Notes: a model not told the origin generated them from the sequence alone. A stretch of 64,000 nt of DNA from Candidatus Latescibacterota bacterium (GCA_965116875.1 OZ220733.1:288001-352000), one strand, 5' to 3'; numbered from the stretch's first letter, positions 28,650-39,030 are shown. Numbers and translations are program-made.

Positions 28650-29945
28650 CTACCCGAGGGTAAGCGCCGCATCGATCAATCTCTTTCCTGCTTCCCACGT
28701 CATCGGCGCGGGCAGATCGGAATTGAACATGAAAGCGGAACGGACCTCGTAACCTCCCCCATCCCATCCCGCCTTCGACGGGAAATAGCCGGCATGCACG
28801 TTCGACTGATTTACGATAAACAAACGATCGTCGGGCCAGCGACGCCTGAGTTCGAGTCCCCACGAACCGAACAGCTGTCCTGGAAAACACGCCAGGTAGA
28901 CATCCCCGATCCGAAACCCCTGCACCTCCAGCTGCACCGCGTTGGGTACCGCGTCACCGCCCGCCCGCATCGCCAGTTGATCCCGGGCCCAGCCGGCCTG
29001 GTACGAATCAGGTCCGGCGCGCGCCAACTGTTTCTTCAGGTCCGCGTCTGTCGGCAGTGTATCCAGCGGACACGTGCAACAAAGCCGCTGCGCGTCGAGC
29101 CGGGAGTCGTCTGTCTGATTGATGTCCACTGCCAGTCTCCGCACTGAACCTGCCAACCCGCCGCCGACCTTACTGACCTCAGCAAAGTTCTGCTCCGGTC
29201 GGTAGGGTCCCACGTCGCCCAGGCAACCGTTGAAAAAAGCAGCCGTTCCGCCCCACGCTTCTTCCAGTTCCTTACAGACCACACCGGGAAAGTCAGGCGA
29301 CCAATGGAGATTGGTCCCGGTCAGGATGGTCGGATGGCAGCCGTAGTTCACCCACGCGGCCACGGCGCGCCCGTCCTCACCCGAAAAGCGCACCAGACCG
29401 AGCATCGAATCGATCGGTTGACCGTCCTTGCGCCGGTTGTGGTGAAATCCGGATTCCCGCGTCTGCGCGAAACCGACCGTCACCGGCTGCAGGTTTTCTG
29501 ATGCTCTGATCACAGCATCGACGATCCGTTCCTTCAGGTCCGCCATATACGACGGGTCGGGTGCGTTGTCGCGGAACCGGGTGGTAACCGGTCCCGAGTG
29601 GGTGTGTGTTGTCGCAACGAGAATTCCGTCGGTTGCAATTCCTGTCCGTTCCCGGATCGCATCCCTTATCCGTTCCGTCGTGTCTTCGCTGAATCCAACC
29701 GTGTCCACGACGACGAGCGCGACCCTCATCGCTCCCTGTTCGCACACAAAGGCCCTCGCCCACAGCGGAAGATGGACACCGACGGCCGGGCTCGCGCGAC
29801 CAGCGTACCCGGCCATGGACAGTCCGATCGGCGGCGTCACATCGACTTTCGAGGCGCCCATCCGCAGCTTGTGCGGCATGTCGTCATCGGGGAGTCGCAA
29901 TTGATCCGTTGCAGCGGCTTTCACAGGATTATCCTTGACAGGCAT
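28650..29945 (-). CDS. Neutral/alkaline ceramidase N-terminal-domain-like protein
   Basis: DVTPPIGLSMAGY, THTHSGP, HNRR, NYGCHPT, SPDFPG, GCLGDV, GGYE; true start may be 29879. Confidence 0.82.
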   Translation of the reverse strand: MPVKDNPVKAAATDQLRLPDDDMPHKLRMGASKVDVTPPIGLSMAGYAGRASPAVGVHLPLWARAFVCEQGAMRVALVVVDTVGFSEDTTERIRDAIRERTGIATDGILVATTHTHSGPVTTRFRDNAPDPSYMADLKERIVDAVIRASENLQPVTVGFAQTRESGFHHNRRKDGQPIDSMLGLVRFSGEDGRAVAAWVNYGCHPTILTGTNLHWSPDFPGVVCKELEEAWGGTAAFFNGCLGDVGPYRPEQNFAEVSKVGGGLAGSVRRLAVDINQTDDSRLDAQRLCCTCPLDTLPTDADLKKQLARAGPDSYQAGWARDQLAMRAGGDAVPNAVQLEVQGFRIGDVYLACFPGQLFGSWGLELRRRWPDDRLFIVNQSNVHAGYFPSKAGWDGGGYEVRSAFMFNSDLPAPMTWEAGKRLIDAALTLG

Positions 29946-29963
29946 GCGCCGATTCTGTATTTT
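29935..29963 (+). promoter_or_regulatory. Putative sigma70 promoter for tRNA-Thr
   Basis: TTGACA-17bp-TATTTT upstream of the MITE and tRNA. Confidence 0.55.
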
Positions 29964-30007
29964 AAACGGATCGTATTTTGGATGATAATGGTGTGTTTTT
30001 CATTGCT

Positions 30008-30174
30008 TTAGCAGTCCGTTGATAAAGTCGCTCTGCAGGCGAGGCCGAGCCATTGCGGTCGAAGACAAGGCGCGCGACCGAGTCCCATCCTGCGATTCGG
30101 CGAGGGAGCGCAACGCAGTATTTCGACCGAAAGGGCCGGCCGCAGCCCGGATGGACTTTTTCAACGGGCTGTTA

Positions 30175-30175
<1 letters not shown>
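30008..30175. mobile_element. MITE (non-autonomous inverted-repeat element)
   Basis: Imperfect terminal inverted repeats CAGTCCGTTGATAAAGTC / GACTTTTTCAACGGGCTG flanked by TTAG direct repeats (30008-30011, 30172-30175); no transposase; second partial copy at 2554-2586. Confidence 0.8.
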
Positions 30176-30250
<75 letters not shown>

Positions 30251-30258
30251 TCAACAGG

Positions 30259-30295
30259 AAAGGGCCTGTGTGACAGGATACTCAGGCCCTTTTTC
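30259..30295 (+). terminator. Rho-independent terminator after tRNA (likely bidirectional with tal)
   Basis: AAAGGGCCTG...CAGGCCCTTTTT. Confidence 0.75.
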
Positions 30296-30331
30296 ATTTC
30301 CCCGCGCATCCGCCGGCCGGGAATCGGCGAC

Positions 30332-31000
30332 CTATACCACGACCGTCTCCCTCTGGTTTTCCTTCCACTCGTTCCAGTCGCTCAGGAAGCGCGCCAGGCC
30401 GTCGTCGGTGAGTGGATGCGCCAGCAGCTTCTTCAATACGTCGGGCGGCAACGTGGACACATCCGCTCCGGCGCAGGCGGCGTCAATGACGTGGAGGGGG
30501 TGCCGCAGGCTGGCCGCAAGAACCTGAGTCGTGAATCCGTAATTGTCATAAATCTGTCGAATGGTCTTGATCAATTCCATTCCGACATGACCGATATCGT
30601 CCAGGCGCCCGAGAAAGGGGCTGATATAGGCCGCTCCGGCCTTCGCCGCAAGCAGCGCCTGGTTCGGGGAGAAGCACAGCGTCACGTTGGTGCGGATCCC
30701 TTCATCGCTGCAGGCCTTGATCGCTTTCAGCCCGTCCAGCGTGATGGGAACCTTGACGACCACGTTGTCGTGTATGCTTGCCAGATGGCGTGCCTCCTCA
30801 AGCATCAGCCTCCACTCGGTGCTCACGACCTCGGCGCTGACCGGCCCGTCCACCAACTCGCAAATCTCGACTATGATCTGCTCGAACGTGCCTTCTTCCT
30901 TCGAAACATGCGTCGGATTGGTTGTCACACCATCCAGAACACCCATCTCGCTGGCCTCACGGATCTCATCCAGATTGGCCGTGTCAATAAAGAACTTCAT
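30332..31000 (-). CDS. tal: Transaldolase (TalC/Fsa family)
   Basis: [21 protein letters not shown] (Schiff-base Lys), [27 protein letters not shown]. Confidence 0.95.
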   Translation of the reverse strand: MKFFIDTANLDEIREASEMGVLDGVTTNPTHVSKEEGTFEQIIVEICELVDGPVSAEVVSTEWRLMLEEARHLASIHDNVVVKVPITLDGLKAIKACSDEGIRTNVTLCFSPNQALLAAKAGAAYISPFLGRLDDIGHVGMELIKTIRQIYDNYGFTTQVLAASLRHPLHVIDAACAGADVSTLPPDVLKKLLAHPLTDDGLARFLSDWNEWKENQRETVVV

Positions 31001-31120
31001 CGCTCGCCCTCCTGATTTTGTCGTGATCGAGGGAGATTCTCTATCTGGTGGAAACGGAGAAATATCAGATTTCCATCTGCAGCAATCCGCAGATGATACA
31101 GGACGCGGGACAAGGATGAC

Positions 31121-32188
31121 TCAGAATGCTCTGTCTACGAGAAAACTGCACATCTCCCGCATCGTTTCCCGGGCGTCGGAGGCAGGAATCTCGTTCAGAT
31201 GCGACTCCGCGTCCGCCGCCCACGCCCGACACGCGTCTTCCGCCCGTTCGATTGAACCATAGTGTTCCATCAGTGCGATCGTCCTTTCCACCTCGTCCGT
31301 CCCCGTCCGGGACCGGTCCCGATTCAGGATTTCCCGCACCCATCCCTGCTCATCCGGCGAACATCTGTGGAACAGATCGATCACCATCAGGGTCCGTTTT
31401 CCCTCCGCGATGTCTCCGCCGCGTTCCTTTCCGTAGCCTCCGGAGGTGGTCGCCGGGGCCTGATGAGCATCTTCGGCGCGAACCGTCAGATTCAGCAGAT
31501 CGTCCTTGATTTGAAACGCCACCGCCATTCGCTCGCCGAACGCGCCCACTGCCTGTCTGCAATCCGGGGATGCGCCCGCGACGATCGCACCCGCGGTACA
31601 TGGACCCCTCCCGCTGTACCAGCCCGTTTTCAGGCGCAGCATTTCCAGAAAAACCTCTACTTCCGGGACCTCGCCCGACTCGATCCAGCCGATGTCGTAC
31701 GCCTGTCCTTCAAACGTGCGCTGAGCGCCGTAGAGCATCTCCTGAATCAGATCAAGCGCCACGGCGTCGCCGAGAATCTCCCGGTTGCTGGCAAGTATCT
31801 CGAACACCTTCGAATGCAGCGCGTCGCCTGCATTGACGCTTAGCGGAACACCATGAAGATGGTGCAGACATGGCTTGCCTCTGCGCATTTCCGAACCGTC
31901 TTCGATGTCGTCGTGAACAAGCGCGAAAGACTGGAACATCTCAAACGCAGCCGCCGTACGCAACGCCTTCTCCACCGCGCCGCCCAATCCCTCACATGCC
32001 AGCAGCACAAGTGCGGAACGAAACCGTTTTCCGCCTCGAATCGGGTAATCCCGCATCGGTTCGTACAGGTATCCGAATGGCTCGGCCCGAGGCAGAAACC
32101 TGAAAAGCTCCGCATCGATGAGGGGTACAAAGGACTCGAGATAAGACTTCAGGCGATCGTTCACCGTCAGGTCCCTCGCGCTCTTCAC
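31121..32188 (-). CDS. Polyprenyl diphosphate synthase (short-chain, GGPP synthase-like)
   Basis: GGKRFR, FARM FALVHDDIEDGSEMRRG, GQAYD, KT, SARM FQIKDDLLN, GDIAEGKRT. Confidence 0.92.
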   Translation of the reverse strand: MKSARDLTVNDRLKSYLESFVPLIDAELFRFLPRAEPFGYLYEPMRDYPIRGGKRFRSALVLLACEGLGGAVEKALRTAAAFEMFQSFALVHDDIEDGSEMRRGKPCLHHLHGVPLSVNAGDALHSKVFEILASNREILGDAVALDLIQEMLYGAQRTFEGQAYDIGWIESGEVPEVEVFLEMLRLKTGWYSGRGPCTAGAIVAGASPDCRQAVGAFGERMAVAFQIKDDLLNLTVRAEDAHQAPATTSGGYGKERGGDIAEGKRTLMVIDLFHRCSPDEQGWVREILNRDRSRTGTDEVERTIALMEHYGSIERAEDACRAWAADAESHLNEIPASDARETMREMCSFLVDRAF

Positions 32189-32469
32189 CGGGATGTTGAT
32201 TCCAACTTTTTTCCCGGGGTGTTATCCGTGCGGCAAGACGCCCGTTGTCTACGCAATACGCCGGAGGCAATCCTGACCGCTGCGTGGAGGAAACGGTACC
32301 TCGCGGGTTCTGATTCCGGGTAGCGAGATGAGCAGGATTGCTACGCAGGAAGGAGGAGGTTGGGGAGGAAGTTGCCCGGAAATATAGCGACAAGCCTGCA
32401 TGCGGTCAACAGTTTTTGGAATTCATCCGGAAACGCGGCGAACCGGTCCCCGAACGGCGAGGGGACGCA

Positions 32470-33420
32470 TCAGAGCGCCGTGTGCAAGCAGCGATAGGCA
32501 TCGAATACGATCCCCAGATCCCGTCTGGCTTTCGAATAGTTCGAATACGGCTCGAGGCTCCGGTCTTCCAGGCAGCGCAGAAAGTCCCGCGACATCTCCC
32601 GATACCCCATCAGATCCGAAATCCCCGGAAAGTACATTCGGACGCCTCGAGGTCCCTTGTGGAGTACATACAGGCCATTGCTCTCAAAGACGATCTGTCC
32701 GCGCGTTCCATGAATCCGGGAGTGCTGAAAGACGCCGTTCGTGCGGCTGTTCGTGTTCCACGAATACCTTAATTCAGCCGTCACGTTTCCGGGATAGGTC
32801 AATTCAACAACCGACGTCCGCTCCGGGTCTCCGTCGCGACGTCCTGGAAACCGTCCAACGACGCGTTCCGGCGCACACTCGAACATCGCGGAAATCAGCG
32901 CGACAAAATGGATACCCCCTTCGAGCAACGCCCCGTACTTGCGTTTCCAGCCGGCCGCCGTCTGCGTGAACATCTTCTTCACGTGGATCGACCTGATGTC
33001 TCCAATCCATTGCCGTGCGGTCAATGTCCTGATTCTCTCGAGCAATGGCTTGTAGTAGTAGTTTTCGGCCACCATCAACAGCGCTTCCGGTTGCGAAGCC
33101 ACCGCGGCGCCGACCGCTTCCACCTCCTCCGGATTTACGCACATCGGTTTTTCGACCATCACGTGCTTGCCCGCCGTGAGTGCGCGTATCACCTGGTCCT
33201 TGTGGAACTCGGGCGGGGATGCAATGACCACCGCGTCGATAACGGGAGATGCCAGCGCATCCTCCACGCGCGGGAAGCTGCCGCTGCCCCGAAACTCACT
33301 GTTGAAACGCCGGGCGCTCTGTTCGGATCGACTGCAGAAAAAGAGCTCGGCTGCGCCCGATAGATTCTTCGCGTGCAGGCGGGCGATGGTCCCGCAGCCC
33401 ACCAGACAGATTTTTTTCAT
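32470..33420 (-). CDS. Gfo/Idh/MocA family oxidoreductase
   Basis: LVGCGTIA, GKHVMVEKP, AENYYY, GALLEGGIHFV. Confidence 0.9.
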   Translation of the reverse strand: MKKICLVGCGTIARLHAKNLSGAAELFFCSRSEQSARRFNSEFRGSGSFPRVEDALASPVIDAVVIASPPEFHKDQVIRALTAGKHVMVEKPMCVNPEEVEAVGAAVASQPEALLMVAENYYYKPLLERIRTLTARQWIGDIRSIHVKKMFTQTAAGWKRKYGALLEGGIHFVALISAMFECAPERVVGRFPGRRDGDPERTSVVELTYPGNVTAELRYSWNTNSRTNGVFQHSRIHGTRGQIVFESNGLYVLHKGPRGVRMYFPGISDLMGYREMSRDFLRCLEDRSLEPYSNYSKARRDLGIVFDAYRCLHTAL

Positions 33421-33479
33421 TTCACCGATTCCCGGGAGGCAACGTCCTGTTTTCCCGACAACGGACCGGGAGCAGGTGT

Positions 33480-34976
33480 CTATCCATGTTCCGCGTGAAT
33501 GACGTCCGCAACGCGTAACGCGTTGGCTGCGATCGTAAGGCTCGGATTGACCCCTCCCGAAGTGGGCATAAAACTGCCGTCGAGTACGAACAGATTGTCG
33601 ATGCCGCGAAACCTGCAGGACTCATCCAGAACGCTTTCCCGGGCGAGGTTTCCGAAACGCAGGGACCCCACCGCGTGAGAAAACGTCTCCAGGTTGTAAA
33701 TGCGGTGATACAGTCCGCCTGCCTGCTTCAAAACGCGCCTCGCCCTGTCTGTCAGATATTTCCTTCGGAGGCGGTCCCGTTCCGAATATCGATGAACGAC
33801 GCCGGTAACCGCGACTCCGTAGTCGTCCAGTCGAGAGGTCAGATGCACCCGGTTTTCATATTGGGGTTCGTCCTCCGCAATACAAAGCAGATTCTGAAGA
33901 TAACGCGCCATAAAGGCGGTCAGATTCCCGTATCCGAAGGGCGCGAAGTGCTTCAGCACCTCCGGCGCGGGGGTGTAGATGTCCTGAATGGTTCCCACCG
34001 ATGTCCCCAATCGGTCCCTCAGGTCTTCGTAGAAATCCGTAAAGCACAATTGCTTGTGAAAAATGCGGTCGGGATTGGTCGCAAAGGGAAAGAGTCCGGT
34101 CACCACGGCGTTGCAGTGCCGCATCAAAAAGCGACCGATCAGGCGGTGATTGTCGAGTCGATCCAGACCGGAACGCAACAGAATGGCCGGGCTCTGCAGT
34201 GCCCCGGCGCTGAGAATCACAATCTTCGCGCTGAAATCGACCGCCCGGTTTGATGCTCCGTCCAGACACCGGACCCGTACGACCCTGCCGTTACGGGTTT
34301 CCAGCTGCAGGACGATTATCCCGGGCATGACTGCCAGGTCGAATGTCTGTGCCTTTGCCAGAAGTGTCTTGGCCACGTCGTTCTTGGCTTCGATGCGGCA
34401 TGGAAATCCGTCGCAGGTGGAACACCGGATGCAGACCGGCCGGTCTTTGTTCGTGAAATTCAGCGCCAGCGGAATCTTGAAGGGCCGGTGCCCGAGCGTC
34501 TTCGCGGCCTCGTAGATCCGCTTCGCCGGGGGCGTGAGTTCAATCCCTCCGAAACGATATTTCCCGGATCTCGGCGGCTCGTGCATATCCGCCCCCGCCT
34601 GACCATGCACCTCCAGGAGATGCTCCGCCTTCGTATAATATGGCTCCATTGCCGCGTAATCGACCGGCCAGTTGGAGAAATCCTTCTCGCGCAATCGCAG
34701 GGACGCCCCGCCGTAAAATACCGACATGCCGCCGACCGCTTCGTTCGGAAAGACGGTCTGAAGGCCCCCCTCGCCTTCTACCTCCATCGGCGAACGGCTT
34801 CTGTACCGCTGATCGATCAGGATCCCGCGCGGGTCCCAGTCCAGCGAATCCCGCTTCACCCACCCGCCTCGTTCGAGCAGAAGCGTCCGAAAACCCGCCC
34901 GGCTGAGCGCAAACGCCGCAGCGCCGCCGCCGAGACCCGAACCAATCACGATGGCTTCATAGGGTCGTGAGCTCAT
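33480..34976 (-). CDS. GMC family oxidoreductase
   Basis: VIGSGLGG, LLLERG, VGGMSVFYGG, CIRCSTCDGFPC, SHAVGSLRFG, PTSGGVNPSLTI; start ATG 34976. Confidence 0.92.
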   Translation of the reverse strand: MSSRPYEAIVIGSGLGGGAAAFALSRAGFRTLLLERGGWVKRDSLDWDPRGILIDQRYRSRSPMEVEGEGGLQTVFPNEAVGGMSVFYGGASLRLREKDFSNWPVDYAAMEPYYTKAEHLLEVHGQAGADMHEPPRSGKYRFGGIELTPPAKRIYEAAKTLGHRPFKIPLALNFTNKDRPVCIRCSTCDGFPCRIEAKNDVAKTLLAKAQTFDLAVMPGIIVLQLETRNGRVVRVRCLDGASNRAVDFSAKIVILSAGALQSPAILLRSGLDRLDNHRLIGRFLMRHCNAVVTGLFPFATNPDRIFHKQLCFTDFYEDLRDRLGTSVGTIQDIYTPAPEVLKHFAPFGYGNLTAFMARYLQNLLCIAEDEPQYENRVHLTSRLDDYGVAVTGVVHRYSERDRLRRKYLTDRARRVLKQAGGLYHRIYNLETFSHAVGSLRFGNLARESVLDESCRFRGIDNLFVLDGSFMPTSGGVNPSLTIAANALRVADVIHAEHG

Positions 34977-35757
34977 AGACGTACAGAACCGCCAATCCAA
35001 CGATAATGATCCACGCCATATAGTGGTATTTCTCGCGTGTCTCAATGTATCGTGTTATACGCGGCAGGTCCGGCCTGAACTTGCCGGACATCGTGCGTTG
35101 CACGTAGGTCTTGTAGTACTCGACCAGGAATCGTTCCAGTCCGCCGTTCATGAAGATCAGGTAGCCGATTGGTACCGGCGACGTCGGATCGTTCGAGTAA
35201 AAGAAAACGGGTGAACAGATGGCGAGCACGATGGACGAACGGAAGAATTTCAGGGGCGCGAATCCCTCGAAGGGAGCGTCTTTGTATGCGCCTCCAAGAG
35301 AAACCAGCATTCCCGTGGCAAAAGCGACGGCCGCGAATACCGCGAAGTCGACGATTCGCAATGAGAGAAACAGAATGGAGAATACCGCCGAAACCAGTAC
35401 AACGCCCGAGAAGAGGCGCAACGGCTCGCAGGTCACCGGCCGGCCGAAGAAAGTGATTCTGGATGGCACCGCGTATTTCGACTGATCCTCGGATCTGAAG
35501 AATCCCTTGTACAGCTCCGCGAGGAACCGCTCCAGGCCCATGACGACGAAGAAAACCTGAAACAGGTTCAATTGGCGGAAATTCCCGGAAAAAAAGGGCA
35601 GCCAATAGAGCGCGCAGAAAATCACGGCATGAAAATAGACGCTGCGGGGAAACGTGCGGCGTTTCAGGCCCTCAAAGGGGGAGTCCTTGAATGCGCCCCA
35701 CAACGAGGTGTACAGACCTGAAACCAGACTGACGAAAAACGGGATCCAAAAACCCAT
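34957..35757 (-). CDS. Hypothetical integral membrane protein with internal duplication
   Basis: Hydrophobic helices; repeated WGAFKDSPFEG..FPRS / GGAYKDAPFEG..FFRS and GLERFLAELYK / GLERFLVEYYK. Confidence 0.75.
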   Translation of the reverse strand: MGFWIPFFVSLVSGLYTSLWGAFKDSPFEGLKRRTFPRSVYFHAVIFCALYWLPFFSGNFRQLNLFQVFFVVMGLERFLAELYKGFFRSEDQSKYAVPSRITFFGRPVTCEPLRLFSGVVLVSAVFSILFLSLRIVDFAVFAAVAFATGMLVSLGGAYKDAPFEGFAPLKFFRSSIVLAICSPVFFYSNDPTSPVPIGYLIFMNGGLERFLVEYYKTYVQRTMSGKFRPDLPRITRYIETREKYHYMAWIIIVGLAVLYVYELTTL

Positions 35758-35806
35758 AAGCTACCGCCCTGCCTGCCGGAGAGTCGGGAACAATCCACGA
35801 ACGGAT

Positions 35807-35835
35807 AAGATAAATCCTCACGTGCGACCCGTCAA
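35807..35835 (-). promoter_or_regulatory. Putative sigma70 promoter for membrane protein-GMC-Gfo operon
   Basis: Minus strand TTGACG-17bp-TATCTT about 50 bp upstream of ATG 35757. Confidence 0.5.
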
Positions 35836-35955
35836 GACGCAGGCAAAAAAAGGACAGAACACGTGAAGGCGCGCGTATTCTGTCTTCGAGGCAATTGCGT
35901 TCCAGTCGGGAAGATCAGGATCTTCGAGCCAGCGGGACCCCGGCCTGCCAACGGG

Positions 35956-38403
35956 TTACGGCCGCGCACTTCCTGCTTTGACCGGTCCCCCCCTCCGCTT
36001 GAATCGATCCAGAATCTCGAGGACGGCGGGCAGGACAACCACGGCCGCGACAAAACAGGTCAGAAGGCCGATTACGGCCAGCTTTCCAATGGAGTTCAAG
36101 CCGGGATGTCTGGCGGTGATCAAGCCGAAAAAGCCGATCATCGTCGTCATCATCGATACAAGCATCGCGCCGCCGGTATTCCGGAGGATCACCGGTATCG
36201 AGTCCGCGCCCTCTTCCTGAAACCTGTGGAACAGATGCACACCGTTATCGATGCCCATCCCGATGATGGTGGGCAAGGCCACCATATTGTAGAAATTCAA
36301 TTTCATCCCGGTCAGGAACATGCTTCCACACATCCAGATGGCGCCGCAAATCAGCGGCAACATGACCAGCAGCCCGTTTCGGATGCTTCTGAAATCGATG
36401 AAAACGATCAGGAAGACGACCAGAAGCGTGATGCCGATCGCCCACCTGCTGTCACGGATCATCAATTTAAGCATATCCGCGAAAATGATACTGGAACTGG
36501 ACGAATAAAACGCCCTTCCGGATTCGGTCGTGATCAGGTGCGTGTCGTTCGCGAACTCGATCGCCTGTCGTCCGTCTCGAAGTTGCACGCTGGGATAGAT
36601 GAAGGCGAAATGGGCACGGCTGCCGTCGACGGTTGCGAATTTTCGCAGGATGTTCTTCGGAAGGTCGTCCACATGCAGTTTCTTCACGTCCATCAATTCC
36701 CGCAACTCGTCCACTCGCTCCTTCTGCTCGCCTTTCAGCAATTTCGCGCCTTCGCCGTCCACCAGTTCGCGCAGTTCGGCGATCAACGCCAGTTTCTCGT
36801 CCTCCTGCCGGGGAAGGAAGGACCAGAGCGTCCTGATCTTGTCAATTGTCGGCGTCGGATCGTCGGAATCGATCTTGCCGTTTACAGTATCGACGACTTC
36901 ATCCAGCTCTTCCTTGCTGTCGGCCAGTACGACGCTTGGTGAATGCGACTCGCCCCTGAACTTCGAGAGCGAATTGATCTTGTCTTTCACCTCTTTCGAA
37001 GTGGCGAGATTGGAACGCAGGTTGGTGAAATCATACTCAAACTGGATCCGGTCGAGATTGAAGGCCAGGTAGACCGTGCCGGCGATTGCAACCACGAACA
37101 CAACCGGCGCCAGGGGAAACCGGCCCTTTCCGGAGCCCCGGTGGTGTCCAAGCACATACCGCATTCGCACCAGCTTCAGGCGTTCGTCGGCAAGAACGAG
37201 AAAGGCCGGAAGTACCACGGTCATTGACACCAGAGACATGACGATCCCCGTGCCAACGATAAAACCGAATTCCGAAAACCCCTTGAAATCCGTAATCGTA
37301 AGCGAATAGAACGCCATCGAGGTGGTCAGCGCGGCCGTCAGGATGGCCTGGCCCGTCTGGATCAGCATGGTCTCGACCGATTGCCTGACATCCATATTCG
37401 CCATTCGATCTTCCAGGTACCGGGAGAACATGTGAATGCCGAAATCGATTCCCAGACCGAACAGGATCACGAACAGGAATCCGGTCATCGTGTTCAGATT
37501 GCCGATCACCCAATAGGTGATGGCAAAAGCCCACGTCAGCCCCATGACGAGCGGAATGGCAACAAAAAAAGCAGCCAGTGGCTGCCTGAAATAGAACGTG
37601 AGAAGCAGGACGACACCGATGAATCCGAATATGACCGTCGACTTGATATCGTCCAGAATGACGTTATATTCATCGATCTTGTTCTTGTACGAACCTCCAA
37701 TGGAGACGATCATCCCCGGATGGTAGGATCCCGGATCGAGCGTCTGAACGGCGTTCCGGATGACGCCGTACATCTCTTTGGCGAATCCTATATTGCTCAC
37801 CGTTCCCGATGCCATCACCTCAACCGCAACGATCGTACTGTCCGCGTTGGTATAGTATACTTCGTGCCCGCGGTCTCCATTCTCCTTGTACTTCGACTCG
37901 ATATCCGAAAAATCCAGCGGCTCGTCGTCTTCGCCGTCGTCCAGACTGAAGAACAACGGGGATAACTTCAGCTTCTCCTGCCGGATACGATCGTCAATTC
38001 GCAGCTGGATGTCCTCGAGGTCATCGAGATCCATATACAGCAGCGCGTTTTCCTTGAAAAAATCCACTTCACGCTTGAAATCAACGTAATTTACGTATTT
38101 CCAGTACTTTTCGGCCTTCAGTTCAACAAACAGGTCTTCCACGAATCTTCTGGACGCCGAGAAATCCCCGCATTCCGCCAGAACAACCAGGCTTCCCACG
38201 CCGCCCAGCCGCGCCTTGATATCTTCGAGCGTCTTCACGCTGGGATAGTGTTCCGGGATCAGGGCCGCGATATCCGTCTCGAGGCGCTGGATCAGACGAT
38301 AGACAAAAAAACTGCAAAAAATCGAAAGAAGAGTCGAAACAATAACAATAACGGCGTGTCGTCGATAGACAAAGTCCGCCAGAAACCTCAACCTATCCTG
38401 CAT
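35956..38403 (-). CDS. MMPL/RND family lipid transporter (HpnN-like)
   Basis: 815 aa; two halves with GLGIDFGIH and GMGIDNGVH; AALTTSMAF / SMMTTMIGF; FKGFSEFG / HPGLNSIG. Confidence 0.9.
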   Translation of the reverse strand: MQDRLRFLADFVYRRHAVIVIVSTLLSIFCSFFVYRLIQRLETDIAALIPEHYPSVKTLEDIKARLGGVGSLVVLAECGDFSASRRFVEDLFVELKAEKYWKYVNYVDFKREVDFFKENALLYMDLDDLEDIQLRIDDRIRQEKLKLSPLFFSLDDGEDDEPLDFSDIESKYKENGDRGHEVYYTNADSTIVAVEVMASGTVSNIGFAKEMYGVIRNAVQTLDPGSYHPGMIVSIGGSYKNKIDEYNVILDDIKSTVIFGFIGVVLLLTFYFRQPLAAFFVAIPLVMGLTWAFAITYWVIGNLNTMTGFLFVILFGLGIDFGIHMFSRYLEDRMANMDVRQSVETMLIQTGQAILTAALTTSMAFYSLTITDFKGFSEFGFIVGTGIVMSLVSMTVVLPAFLVLADERLKLVRMRYVLGHHRGSGKGRFPLAPVVFVVAIAGTVYLAFNLDRIQFEYDFTNLRSNLATSKEVKDKINSLSKFRGESHSPSVVLADSKEELDEVVDTVNGKIDSDDPTPTIDKIRTLWSFLPRQEDEKLALIAELRELVDGEGAKLLKGEQKERVDELRELMDVKKLHVDDLPKNILRKFATVDGSRAHFAFIYPSVQLRDGRQAIEFANDTHLITTESGRAFYSSSSSIIFADMLKLMIRDSRWAIGITLLVVFLIVFIDFRSIRNGLLVMLPLICGAIWMCGSMFLTGMKLNFYNMVALPTIIGMGIDNGVHLFHRFQEEGADSIPVILRNTGGAMLVSMMTTMIGFFGLITARHPGLNSIGKLAVIGLLTCFVAAVVVLPAVLEILDRFKRRGGPVKAGSARP

Positions 38404-38406
38404 GAA

Positions 38407-39030
38407 TCATTCCTTCCCTTTCCCGTCTGCCTCGTCCTCATTCAGCTTGTCTCTGAGTTTCTTTACAAGACCCTCGTACGACGACTTGCGGATCTCCTTG
38501 TAGAACTGAGATCGATTGTTTCTGGCAACGCTCAGATCGTCAATCACCATATCGTACACCAGCCACTTTCCATTGACCGGGTGGAGCTTGTAGTCGATAT
38601 CGCTCTGCTCATCCTTATAGTGTACGATTGTCCGGACAACACCTTCCGTACTGTCGACCTCCGAGCCCACGTACTCAATTCTCTCGGATTTCGTATACAG
38701 CTTCGGATCCGCGTAATTCCTGACGATCAGACGCCGGCACAGGTCTGCAAACTCAGCCTTCTCCGCCTCATTGCGCCGCTGCCAGTGGCGGCCCAATGCG
38801 ACCTTGCCGAACCGGTGAAAATCGAACATGCCTTCCACGATCGCCTTCAGCTGTTCCCGCTCTTCCGCTGTTTCTCCCGCAGTTTCCGAATTGACGATTG
38901 CCTTTATCGAACTGTCCCGTTCCTTCATCGACCGGAGCAACTGTTCAGCCTGGTCCGCACCCTGTGCGAAGGCCCCGCCCAAAAACCCAACAAGGGCATA
39001 AAACACAATAATATACGACAATATTCTCAT
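38407..39030 (-). CDS. MlaC/Ttg2D (HpnM-like) periplasmic lipid-binding protein
   Basis: Signal peptide; FDFHRFGKVALGRHW, IDYKL, WLVYDMVIDDLSVARNNRSQF. Confidence 0.88.
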   Translation of the reverse strand: MRILSYIIVFYALVGFLGGAFAQGADQAEQLLRSMKERDSSIKAIVNSETAGETAEEREQLKAIVEGMFDFHRFGKVALGRHWQRRNEAEKAEFADLCRRLIVRNYADPKLYTKSERIEYVGSEVDSTEGVVRTIVHYKDEQSDIDYKLHPVNGKWLVYDMVIDDLSVARNNRSQFYKEIRKSSYEGLVKKLRDKLNEDEADGKGKE

